Below are positions 34,532-46,869 of a stretch of DNA of 64,000 bases, piece by piece (within the stretch, counting starts at the first letter, position 1; every line of letters begins with the position of its first letter). The position numbers and the translations under genes were made by a program. The stretch spans positions 434,001 to 498,000 of the forward strand of contig NIVC01000237.1 of NCBI GenBank assembly GCA_002269645.1. Reading direction: 5' to 3'. Below the pieces are notes generated by a model. The model was not told the DNA's origin and did no database searches. It saw only the letters and a program-made list of their open reading frames with translations. The stretch is from Macrostomum lignano (Eukaryota).

Positions 34532-36253
34532 TGCAGGCGGTTCATTGCATCAATGCCAATCAAATCGCTTGCCCAGTTAAACAATAAAGCGCAGAAATTT
34601 TACGACTTAAAGATCTGCATAATAGGCATCTAGTCTTAGCAAAATAGCAAATATTGTAGATACAGTAAGTACTACAAGCATAATAAATCATGTAAATAGC
34701 CATTAACAGCCTATAGACATAGTTAGGCCTATAAAAGATCCCTATGCATGATGCAGATTAGTCTTTCAGTTGCATAATATTACCTAAGGTGAGTTTTTAT
34801 CAAAAAAAGCTATGTTTTTTTTAAATAAAAATCATTCAATGTATGAGGGGTGTTGCAAAAGTTAAAAATTTCTTTGGTACAGTTTTGCAATGCTCTTTGC
34901 AAGCTTTTGGCAGGCACATGGTATTGCTATAAAATTTTATGCTTCAAGAAAACAAATTTGAAAGAGAATGTAGGTAAAATAACTTGTTTCAACAATCCTG
35001 CTGTCCACAGCAAATACAGTCTGGAAACTTTTGCAACACATCTTCTACATATGTAATAAACATATATTTTAATATACGTGTTTTGATCTATTCTCTAATT
35101 TTTATGAAATTTTGGTTTATATAAACTTTTAGTGATTAAATGGCAAAGGTTCAAATTACCATTTTTCTATTATTAGGCCTATAGCTATGAGAGCATTTTT
35201 ATAAGCATATCTTATTTACTGAAAAATGCCATTTAGCTGGCATAAAAATGCCAAGAGATTTCATGCTATCATTGCTTCAATTATATTTTAATCAGAACGA
35301 ATATTGACTTAGTTGTGCAAAAAAATAAATAATAAAATAATGCATTTTTTTGGTGGTCATTTTGGTGACAAGTTGGATACTATAATAGACTATTTTACCT
35401 TGGTGAAAAATGGAACATTTGGTAAGTTGGATCATTTTAGTGGCAACAAGTACTTCATCATACCAGTTTGTAGCTATTTTTTTAAGATTTATGGTTTATA
35501 TATTTTAACAATTCTGTTGACAGATTGATATTTTTTGGGTCTAAGAAAAAACTCAATTGTCATATTGTTTTATTTTTGTATAGATTGCATTGAATTGGTG
35601 CAAAAATATTTAGACAAATAATTAATTATGGAGGATAATTCTCATAAAAAATGCCTACTAAAAGCATTCAGAATTTATATTCACCATCACTGAATTCAGA
35701 AAATGTTACAAATACAAAAGATTGCAACCTTGTAATAGTAAATAAACAAAGTAAATGAAATAACTCTTTACCATTTTAACAAACCTTTGAAATTTTAGGT
35801 TTCAGATTGCTTAAGATTGGCAAACAATTTTCTGCTAGAAACCACAATAGCTATTACCAAAAGAGGGTCTTTTTCTTTACACCAAAATGACTTTTGCTTG
35901 TCACCAAAATGTCTTATTATCAAAATGACTATAACCTAATACAACTTTGGTGACAATAGCAATAAGGTTTTAATAAGACAGAAGCAACCCTCCTAGAATA
36001 GTTTGGTATTTGCAGCAAGATCACTTTAAAAGATAGAACCATTAGCCCTATAACAACTAGATGGCACTATGGGATTAAATCATAATAAAGATCAATTTTA
36101 TAGCAACTTGGTGGCTTAACTGTGGGATTTTAAAAAGAAAAGCATTAATACTATTACATTAGTTAATAGTTGACAATTTATCCATTGAAACTTATCATAG
36201 CTAAACTTTTTAGCTAAACCTAAATATATATACAAATAAATTGTTTTTTATTA

Positions 36254-38674
36254 ATGCAGGGATTCCCCGAGCGATATTCAAGATCGATATTCGGAAATAA
36301 CAAAAATCTCTGCTTTTAAAGCACCAAACGCCATGATTTTTTACAGAAGAAACATCACCCACAAGATAAACCGACTTAAAAAAAATTACGGCTACAGATT
36401 GAAAGGATTTTTTACAATTTGCCAAAAACTGGTGCTTCTCTATCTCCACAATGCATTAGATTGATATTTGATTTCGAGTACTTCTGCTTGCTCTCTGTTG
36501 CTGAAAATTGACATGCAGGACTTCACCCAGACACTAAGCGATTATCATAACTCAAATCGAACTCAAGGCTTCATGCTCGAGAACTATTTGAGAAAAACTG
36601 ATGTTCCTATCTCCACAATGCATTAGATTGATATTTGATTTCGAGTACTTCTGCTTGCTCTCTGTTGCTGAAAATTGACCTGCAGGACTTTACCCAGACA
36701 CTATGCGATTATCATAACTCAAACCGAACTCAAAGCATTATGCTCGAGAACTATTCGAGAAAAACTGATGTTCCTATCTCCACAATGCATTAGATTGATA
36801 TTTGATTTCGAGTACTTCTGCTTGCTCTCTGTTGCTGAAAATTGACATGCAGGACTTCACCCAGACACTAAGCCATTATCATAACTCAAATCGAACTCAA
36901 GGCTTCATGCTCGATAACTATTTGAGAAAAACTGATGTTCCTATCTCCACAATGCATTAGATTGATATTTGATTTCGAGTACTTCTGCTTGCTCTCTGTT
37001 GCTGAAAATTGACCTGCAGGACTTTACCCAGACACTATGCGATTATCATAACTCAAACCGAACTCAAAGCATTATGCTCGAGAACTATTTGAGAAAAACT
37101 GATGTTTCTACATGTACATGTACATGTATCTCCACAGTGCATTAGACTGGGATAATAATTTTGTTCATTGTGTGAATGTATAGTATAAGATATTTGCATG
37201 CATGATGTACATATATTGGCTGATTCACAATAATTTTTTAAAAGATTCTCTACGAACTATAGTAAGCACTGACTCATTAGGTTCAATCAGTTAAATTGAT
37301 TTCATTAAGCCATGCAGCGCTATTAAACTTTTTTGCATTGTGTACACTGACCTGCCTACTTGGACTGTTTGTACAGTTTCATGCTGTGCAATCAAACATG
37401 GTATTTCATTTTTAGGAAGCCCGTTTGATTTTGGTTCCCATGTTTACTGGAAGCCATTTTACCTGGTAGCGATTAATGTATCAGCTAGAAATGTTTACCT
37501 CTTCGACTCCTCTACCAGTAATATCTGCCAGCAGAATGTGTTGCCCAGAATTGTAGAAAACTGGAAGTAAGAAGCTTTTCTCTTCAACCTTTGACTTCAG
37601 ATAAGACAATTATGAATGTAAGGATACACATCCATGTAAGCTTTTCCGAACACCAATTGTAGTGCTTTTCTACGTCTGGCACCAAAAGAAATCTACGAGT
37701 ATTTTTCACTCAAAGAAAATACTACTTTTTGCAGTGACAATGCCCCACACACTAAGCAAGACGATTCTTTTAGTTGTGGTGCCTTCGTCTACTTGTATGC
37801 CAGAAGCATAATTCTTGGTAGGGAGCTACAATATCAGAAAGCAAGCAAAGAATTTCTTGAGAAAGTGCATTGTTATATATGGAAAGTAATCAGTAACAAC
37901 TCCGTCGATAGCAACCAAGGTTCTTGTGCCATTTGTCAAGCAGAAGAGCCACCAAAAGCAGACGGTGCAGCAACAATTGATTGGGTGAGTTGTAAAATTC
38001 TTGTATGTATAAATACCTCTGTGCCAAATATCAATACACATATACTCACTTTACCTTTACTTCTTGTACATGCACTACTGGTAGATTGAGTGCTCATCCT
38101 GTCTTGACTGGATCCACTGCGTCTGTGCATCCACAATGGAAGAAGAGGAAAACTTCTGCTGCTCGACCTGCAGAAGTTCTTGAGCATGAAGCTTTGAGTT
38201 CAGTTTGAGTTATGATAATCGCTTAGTGTCTGGGTGAAGTCCTGCATGTCAATTTTCAGCAACAGAGAGCAAGCAGAAGTACTCGAAATCAAATATCAAT
38301 CTAATGCATTGTGGAGATAGGAACATCAGTTTTTCTCGAATAGTTCTCGAGCATGAAGCTTTGAGTTCAGTTTGAGTTATGATAATGGCTTAGTGTCTGG
38401 GTGAAGTCCTGCATGTCATTTTTTCAGCGACAAAGAGCAAGCAGAAGTACTCGAAATCGAATATCAATCTAATGCATTGTGGAGATAGGAAAGTATCAGT
38501 TTTTGGCAAATTGTAAAAAATCCTTTTAATCTGTAGCTGTAATTTTTTTTAAGTCAGTTTATCTTATGGGTGATGTTTCTTCTGTAAAAACTCATGGCGT
38601 TTGGTGCTTTAAAAGCAGAGATTTTTGTTATTTCCGAATATCAATCTTGAATATCGCTTGGGGAATCCCTGCAT
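36254..38674. mobile_element. Mutator/foldback-type element with long modular TIRs
   Basis: Ends ATGCAGGGATTCCCC / GGGGAATCCCTGCAT; exact 9-bp TSD TTTTTATTA at 36245-36253 and 38675-38683. The left arm has four 167-bp tandem units (36441, 36608, 36775, 36942); the right arm has about two inverted units. Confidence 0.92.
37416..38170 (+). pseudogene. Ulp1/SENP-like (C48) cysteine protease plus PHD finger fragment inside the Mutator element
   Basis: ILVPMFTGSHF(frameshift)YLVAINV...VYLFDS | intron 37567-37662 | ...TKQDDSFSCGAFVYLYA...CAICQ...IDW | intron 37985-38084 | IECSSCLDWIHCVC. The His, Asp, Gln and Cys catalytic order and the PHD Cys/His spacing are visible. Confidence 0.78.
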
Positions 38675-40503
38675 TTTTTATTAGGCCTATAGTAAAATAG
38701 TGCTTTTAAAATTAAATAATGGTTTGCTTAAAAATTAATAGATAAAACAAAACTTCAAGAAATTATTATTCAAGGGAATAAAAATTAGCTATCTTTTATT
38801 CTAATGCAAAGATTTCATTTTTAGCTTGTAAAGGTAAAATTTTTTTGTTAAAAATGAGGTTTTTTATAAAAAAATCTTATAAAAAAGTTATTTAAAATAC
38901 ATATAGTTCAATTTTTTGTAAAAATTTATATTTTTTAAATGCTATAAATATAATGCAATAAATTATTATAAAAATACTTCATATTCTTAATTATAAATGA
39001 GCCCAATTAGCATATTTTAGTGTCTTATAAAAGCTAATATTCTATATAGATTTACAATGCTAAATATTTCATTCATATTTTAAAATCCAAAAAGCTATTT
39101 TTAAACTAGGCCTAAAGTAAACTATTGCTCTAAGTTTTAATACCAAAATAGGTTTACTTCTATTAGAAATACATTGTTATTATGCCTTGCCTACAACTAA
39201 AAAACCTAGCTTAGATCAAATTTTAAAGTATACAAAAAATAAATTATTAGACCTACATTCTACAATTTTATCATACCTATAAAATGCATAAATGCATATA
39301 GGCATTGGAAAAAGTAGGGGGGCTGCTACTTCAATGATTTTAAATATCTCCATTATACCCTAATATAACCTAATAGGCCTAATTTAAATGAGGCAGATAC
39401 TGCAGAGTTAACCATTTTTTCAGTAAACAGATGTTAGTGTTGGGCTACCCCCTCCCCACCCCCCAGGTCATCAACAGTTGTCTGCCCCATCCACTTTTTA
39501 GAGCATTCCGACCCAACGCCTATGAAAATGCACATGGTACAACGTACAAGTTAGGTCCATGTGGTCCATTAGGTCCAAGTTAGGTCTAACTGGTCCATGT
39601 GTAAACACAGGTCCATTTGTAAACAAGTTACAAATCCAATCCAAATGGTGAATAAGATCTGACACCTGCTTAGGCGCTTTAGCCAAATTAAAACTCCTTT
39701 ATATGTCTTTAAAATATATATCTTGTTCTATTGAAAAGCGATATTTAATCGTGAGACTACGATCGATGTTAGTCGGTTGGTTCCTTGTAGAAACACAGTG
39801 AACTGCTTAAGTTTTTCCAAGACACAATTCTAGCATTTAAAATAAAAATGAATAAAATAATTATCATTTAAACAAATTAGTTCAATTTAAACCATTTTTC
39901 GCAAACTTTAATGCTGAAGGTTGATTTCAAATTTGATTCACTTTAGGCTAAAATGCTTTAAATAATTATAATTGACTAATTTAATTTCACCCAAGCCGAA
40001 GGTTTCGACATCGGATTTAAACAAGGATAATTTCATTTTTGACGCGTTTCTCTCGGCCTTATTCAACAGGCTTTGTCTCCTATATTCGTGACCGGCCTCG
40101 GCTTTTATATAGTACGAAATGATTAAACGATTGAGAGGCATGTAAAAACATTTTAATGGACAATTGCAAAGTTCCAAATTACTCTCTTTCCGTCTTTTTT
40201 CATCTCGACTGCTGCTGTCTCTTAGGTCGCCTTATCTCAATCGGCTGTCCGTCTTTCTCTTGTGTCTGATTCTCCTGTCATTCTTCTGTAGCTGTACGAG
40301 CTCGTATTAGATACATAAACAATGTGCAATTTCTGCAACAGCAGTGGAGCTATATATGGTACAGAAAAACGCAGTACATGTCTACAGGCGATCTTCCTAC
40401 ACTCCGTCGACATTATTTACGAGGTAGACAGGTTATGAGGTAGACAGGCTCGATCAGTGAGGTACACAGGCTCAGTCATGTCCACAAGCTTGAAAAGTCA
40501 GAT

Positions 40504-40686
40504 GCTCGAAAAATCACATCGTCGAAAAGTTTAGCAACCACAATCACAAGCTCGAAAAGGGTTACGGTTTGGGTTAGGTTAGGGTTAGGGTTAAGGCTTG
40601 TGCCTTAGGTTTAGGGTTAGAGCTTACCTTTTCGAGCTTGTGATGGTGATTGCTAAATCAGTTTTCGACGATGTGACTTTTCGAGC
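40504..40686. repeat. Imperfect palindrome (about 57-bp arms) enclosing telomere-like GGGTTA repeats
   Basis: 40504-40560 mirrors 40626-40686; the loop contains GGGTTAGGTTAGGGTTAGGGTTA and TTAGGTTTAGGGTTAG. Confidence 0.85.
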
Positions 40687-40902
40687 TTATGATGGCGACC
40701 CGCCTAAAGCTACCATGTACATTTCAGTGGACTTGCTAATTTAGATTACTGCAGAACCAATTAGCATGTTGTTTACTCCTGCAAGCTTGGGCTTCTAAGC
40801 TTATTAAAGTCATTGACACAGTCCAAGTACCACAAGCTTTTGAGTGGCAAAGCTCCCTCGCAGGATTTAAGACTTCACTTGATTAAAGCTTCGGTACATT
40901 AG

Positions 40903-43900
40903 TGTCATGCCGCAGCCCTGCACTCGCTTGTTTTTGCTAAACGGGGTGCCTAGCAGTGTGGAGTGCTCACGCACTGTACTTAGTTTGTGTACACTGTACC
41001 CCCGGCTTTCCTCCCCCCTTTTTATGCCTGTTATGCCTACGCGGCCGCACGTGATTGGTCGAGACCTAAAGCCAAAAAATATATATCGGCGCTCTCGCCC
41101 TACTTGGAGGCCAAGCGTTTTCGCACTGCAAAATTGAGACTGACTTCTGAGTCATTACATTGGCGTCGCAAGGCCGGACCATGGCCTTTCTACAATTGCC
41201 GCCCCCAGGAACATTCAGTCTCAGAGACGACCCTCACTCTGTGAGCAAGCGCTGGCAGGACTGGTCCGCCAACCTGCAGCGATACCTGGCGGCAACGGGC
41301 ATTACCGACGAAGCCCAGAAGCGACAAATTCTACTGTACACAGCTGGCAAAGAAGTGAGCGACCTGTACAACGAAATTTCTGCACAGACGCAGCCGACAA
41401 ACCAGTCCGACCAGGGCACTGCTCAGCAGCCAACGGTCGACCAGCTCATCCAGCAGTTCAGCAACCACTTCAAAGACCGAGACAACGTAGTTTTCATTCG
41501 CTACCAATTCCGACAGTGCCACCAGGACGAAGGAGAGCCCATAGACGCCTGGCACAGCCGGCTGTGGGGAGCCTCAGAAGCCTGCCAGTTCGAGGGCCTC
41601 CGCCAGTCACTCATCAGGGACCAAATCGTGGCCAGCTGCCGCAGCGAGTCGCTGAGAAAGAGACTGCTGAACGTGCCGAACATCAGCCTGGCGGACACTC
41701 TACAGCTGGCCAGAACGCACGAAGCCGCAGAGAAGCAGGCAGCCATCATGTCCAACACAGCGGCAATCCCGGAGAAGGTGGCACAGCTTCGACGCCAGCG
41801 CCATCCGCCAAAAAAAGCCACCACGCGACCCGCAGTCCACCTCCAAGTGCGTCCGTTGCGGTGAGCTGGGCCACCGAAGCTGCAGCAGAGCCCAAGGCAA
41901 ACGGTGCAGCAGCTGCGGCAAAATGAATCATCTGGCCAAGGCTTGCCTCAGCGGCCGCTCAAAGATCAACGCACTGCAGCCAGAGCAAGATCAGCCAGCC
42001 GACCAGTCGGTGAGCGAAGTGTTCTGCACCCTCAGCGCCAAAGATGACGGAGCCAAATTCAGCATCAACATCAACGGACAGCAAATCCGCACCCTTATTG
42101 ACAGCGGGGCAAGCTGCAACGTTCTGGACAAGGCGAAGTTCTGCAGAGTCTGCCGCCCTGGCACGCCGCTGACACCGTCCAACACCAGAGTCTTCGCACT
42201 CGGCGCCAGCGAACCGCTGGAGGTGGCGGGCCAGATCAAGCTACCAGTCAGCGCAAACCACCGCGAGTTGGAGGCCACCTTTATCATCATCAACAGCAGC
42301 TGCACTCCGATACTCGGCAGAGCGTCCAGCACCAAACTCGGCATGCTGAGGGTTGGTCCAGAGGTCGGAAAAGAATCTGCGATGGTGGCCAGCCTGGCCA
42401 AGCCAGCGGACTGCGAGGACCGTCATCTGCCCAAGCAACTGCAGCTCCAGAGCATCCTGGCAGGCTTCAGCGACCGCTTCCAAGGCATCGGATGCGTCAA
42501 GGGAGTCAGCGTCACCATCAAGCTGAGGCCAGATGCCAACCCAGTCTGCCAGCCACCGTCCCGCGTACCAGTCCACCTGAGGACAGCAGTTGTCAAGGAG
42601 CTCGAGGACCAACTGGCACAACGCATCGTCGAGCGCGTGCACGGCCCAACAGCCTGGTGCTCCAGGATGGTGGCGGTCCCGAAGGCCGAGCAGGGAGAGG
42701 TGCGCATCACCCAAGATCTACGCCAGGTCAACAAGTACGTGGTCCCGGAAAAAACAACCGATCCCGACATTCGAGGAGGTGACTGATGAGATGGCCGGGT
42801 CTGAGTACTTCTCAGAGCTTGACGTCGCCAAAGCCTTCCATCAAATTGAAGTCGCCGAGGAGTCCAGGGACCTGCTGACGTTCTCCACGCCCATCGGCCT
42901 CCTGCGACTGCGCCGTCTCTGCATGGGCTATACATCCGCCTCGGAGATCCTGCAGCGGGTGATGACCTCCGTCCTGAGCGGTCTCCCGGGCGTACGCTGG
43001 GTGCATGACGACATCCTGGTGTACGCGAAGGACATCAAGGAGCACAATCAGCGTCTTCGAGACTGCCTGGCTCGGCTAAAGGAGAGCAACATCACACTGA
43101 ATGCCAAGAAGTGTCGATTCGCCCAGCGGGAGGTCGACTTCCTTGCCATGCGCCTCACGGCCGCCGGCATCCACCCGAGCAAGGAGAAGGTGGAGGCCGT
43201 CCGCAGCTTCAAGCGGCCAACCAACGCGACCGAGGTCCGCTCCTTCCTGGGCCTCGTCACCTTCGTGGCCCGCTTCATCAGCAACCTGTCCGACAGAGCC
43301 CGGCCGTTGCGGGAGCTGACGAAGCGAGCCGCCGAGTGGACCTGGGGCGAGCAGCAGGAAGCCGCTTTCAACGACATCAAGCGCACGATCTCCAGCAGCC
43401 AGGCGCTGGCGTTCTTCAACAGCGAACTGCAGACCCAGCTGATCGTCGACGCCAGCCCGACCGGCGTCGGCGCCATCCTGGCCCAGGTGCAGCCTGACGG
43501 ATCGACACGGCCGGTGGCCTACGCCAGCCGCAGTCTGAGCCCGACGGAGCAGCGCTACTCCCAGACGGAGCGCGAGGCCCTGGCAGTGAAGTACGGCGGA
43601 CTGAAATTCCATCACTACCTCAGCGGCGGCGGAAAGTTCAAGGTCATCACCGACCACAAGCCGCTGATCTCGCTGTTCAGCCCGGGATCTCGTCCACCGC
43701 CAAGGATCGAGCGAATGGCACTGCGGCTGCAAGACCTCGTGTTCCAGGTGGTGTACCAGCCCGGTGCCAACAACCCGTCCGACGTTTTGAGCCGCCAGCC
43801 GCTGCCGATGCCGCCCAACAACGTTGGTGAGCAAGAAGACGCCATCTACGTGGCCACGGCAGTCCAAGCGGCAACGCCGGTGTCCATCAGCCTGGCGACC

Positions 43901-45571
43901 ATCAAAGCGGCCTCCGACCAAGATGCCACAGTCCAAGCTGCGCCCCATGGCATCCGCGGTCATCGCTGGGACAAGAGCGACCCGAACCTGAGGGGGCTGC
44001 ACGGCGTCGCCCACGAGTTTTCCGAGCTCGACGGCCTGCTGCTGCGTCAGGGCCAGATCTTCATGCCAACAGCACTGTGCTACCGATGCCTGCAGCTGGC
44101 GCATCAAGGCCACCAGGGCATCAGAAAGACGCTGGATCGCCTTCAAGCCAAGGTCTGGTGGCCCAGCATGCGAGCATCAGTCGAGTCTCACGTGGCGGCC
44201 TGCCTGAGCTGCCAGATCTGCACCCGCGAGACCACGCCGAAGGGGACGCCGCTCAAGCCGACCGAACTACCGGCGGCGCCCTGGCTAGAGCTCGGCATGG
44301 ACTTCCTCGGGCCCGTCAACGGCAAGTCGCTGCTCGTCTGCACGGACCACTTCTCGCGCTTCCCACTGGTCGAGGTCATGTCCAGCACCACCGCCGCCGC
44401 AGTCATTCGCGTGCTGCGGAATTGGTTCAGCATCTTCGGGCAGCCGATGAAAGTGACGACCGACAACGGCCCGCCCTTCGCGTCGGCCGAGTTCAGCAGC
44501 TTCCTGGCGGACCAAGGCGCCAGGCACCACCGAATCACTCCGCTGTACCCACAGGCCAACGGCGCTACGGAAAGGTGCAACCAGGGACTCAACAAGGCCA
44601 TCCGTGCGGCCGTGGCCGAAGGCAGGGACTGGACGGCAGCGATCGACGAGTACCTGGCCGCGTACAGACGCACTCCGCACAGCGCTACTGGGATCGCGCC
44701 CGCCAGCCTCCTGTTCGGGCGGCAGATCACCGACACGATTCCCAACCTCTAGCAATCGCAGCCGGTGGACGCGACGAGAGCAGCCATCAAGGACAAGGAC
44801 CAGCAGTCCAAGGAGAAGATGAAGCACTACGCCGACCAAAGGGCCAAGGCAGCAGACCACGACATTCGGCCAGGAGACCGCGTCCTGCGACGGCTGCAGT
44901 CCAGACAAAAGGCCGACGCCTTCTACGAGTCGACGCCGTGGGTCGTGTCCGAAGTGCTCGGCGACTCGCTGGTCATGCAGCGCGACGACACCACCTGCCG
45001 CAGGCACGCCACGCAGGTCAAGCGGCTGCCAGAACCACCAGACCAGCCAGCCGGGCCGGCGCCGCAGCCGCCTGGAATCCCAGGCAGCTCGGACGAGGTG
45101 GAGTCGCCGATCGCGGCTCGGCCGCACCCGCGCCAGGCCAAAGGCGGAGACAAGAACTATAAAGAAGCTGATTTGCGCATGCGCTAACTGACTGTTTGAT
45201 TTCTTTGCGAACTTTCGTGCGCGCTTCGCTATTTATTTCTGGCAATCATGTTGCCTCCAATATTCCTTTTTTTAGTCCAAATCCCTATTATTTTTATTCC
45301 ACTCGGGGAGAATTGTCATGCCGCAGCCCTGCACTCGCTTGCTTTTGCTAAACGGGGTGCCTAGCAGTGTGGGGTGCTCACGCACTGTACTTAGTTTGTG
45401 TACACTGTACCCCCGGCTTTCCTCCCCCCTTTTTATGCCTGTTATGCCTACGCGGCCGCACGTGATTGGTCGAGACCTAAAGCCAAAAAATATATATCGG
45501 CGCTCTCGCCCTACTTGGAGGGCCAAGCGTTTTCGCACTGCAAAATTGAGACTGACTTCTGAGTCAATACA
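40903..45571 (+). mobile_element. Full-length Ty3/Gypsy LTR retrotransposon (Mag-like)
   Basis: LTRs 40903-41159 and 45314-45571 (TG...CA, four visible differences); 5-bp TSD ATTAG; PBS-like TGGCGTCGC at 41161; PPT GGGGAGAAT before the 3' LTR; domain order gag-PR-RT-RH-IN. Confidence 0.96.
41181..45187 (+). pseudogene. Disrupted gag-pol of the LTR element
   Basis: Gag with two zinc-knuckle-like motifs, protease LIDSGAS, RT WVHDDILV, RNase H VDASPTG/TDHKPL, integrase HQGH...C..C and VTTDNG. Frameshifts near 41800-41890 and 42750; in-frame TAG at 44750-44752. Confidence 0.9.
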
Positions 45572-46394
45572 ATTAGTTGAATTGTCTAAGACTGAATTAA
45601 AACGAGTTTCTGGCACTGAGTCTACCGGGCAGTGACTACTCAGTTTCGTGAAACGGCAAAGTGAAACGATTTGATCAAAGTTTTTAACAGGAGAAAAATC
45701 ACATTAGTAAAACGACAATTGGTTTGACACTGGAAGCTTGTTATCTACATGTATCCAGCATATTCAGCTAGCTATGCAGCTATAACTACAAGTGAGAGTC
45801 CCTTGCTACAGACCTCCACTTTGCTGCAGATAAACAGTTCCAGCTCTGTACATAATCCCTTCAATTTATTATGTTCGTGTCCTTTCGGATTCTATTTTAC
45901 ACGACGTTTCCGTTTCATTCTACGAGCGTACATAAATCTACACGTTTCATTCTGCACGTTTCATTCTTTTCATTCAACCATCTGCTTATACTACGATTTT
46001 GTAACGAATTTATAAAGCGTTCTACGCGTTCCTTAATATACGACCGTAAGTATTCTATATTAAATTACAGGTACACAAAAGAAAACTCTTAACAATATGT
46101 ATCTGTTGAAAGCAGATTTGCTTTATTTGCCTAGAATGCAGCACATAGGAAAACAAAAAGTTCAATTAGTAAAATAATTTCAGTCTGTACAAGCCACCTG
46201 TTTATTACTAAATAAAGTACACTCTCTCAAAAAAACTGGATTTTGAAAAGAGTTGGCAAATATTTTCCTTACATGCATGAAGTTCTAACATCTACGGAAG
46301 TATAATGTCAAAATACAAGGTATCTAATTGAGCCTGTGTATCTGAACTCCTCTTAAAGTACAAGATCCCATTTCTCGTTCAGACCCAGAAAGCG

Positions 46395-46869
46395 TCAGAC
46401 TATGTACCCCGATGCGTGGTTTTTACCGCCGCACTTGTACGTACTGTCACCGAGACAGCTTATGTCGCAATTGGATTTGTCGCGCTTGGCATGATTCCGA
46501 AAAGCTTTGTTGCAATGGCAGGTGTCCTGTTGCATTATCACAAAGTTACTTTCATAGCCATTGTCCTTGCAGAACTGGCGACACTTTAACGGGTCGCCGT
46601 TCAAAATATCAACCGATGTGCCCGAGTCGGCGTTGATGAACATCCCCTCGGCATAGTAGCATCCAGGCTCTTCCACGGTGGCGTCAGGAGAGAATACATT
46701 CTCTAAAACGTTTCGAGGCAGGTTTATACCAAAGCAATTCACCACACCGCTGCCAACACTATTGGAACATTACTGAGAAATCATCAAACTTACTAAGACT
46801 CCTCGGGCAGGCTTCGGTAAAGCGAAGAATGCAAAACATGACAGTCAGAAAAACTAGAAACTTCTCCAT
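46395..46869 (-). CDS. Secreted single-WSC-domain protein A, join(46794..46869,46395..46702)
   Basis: Signal peptide MEKFLVFLTVMFCILRFTEA; phase-1 intron GTAAGT...TTTTAG; WSC Cys pattern GCYY...CRQFC...CHC...CDISCLG...CGG. Confidence 0.85.

Noticed and set aside
35350-35938. Decayed MITE related to the 4684-5540 element (CATTTTGGTGACAAG motifs)
   Set aside because: Inverted motifs are visible but ends and TSD cannot be defined.
42749-42755. AAAAAAC slippery heptamer as a programmed -1 frameshift
   Set aside because: The shift needed to stay in pol is +1 and falls inside RT; an extra A in a homopolymer explains it better.
41234-45635. Numerous alternative-frame and antisense ORFs within the LTR element
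   Set aside because: Expected from the high GC content; no domains beyond gag-pol.
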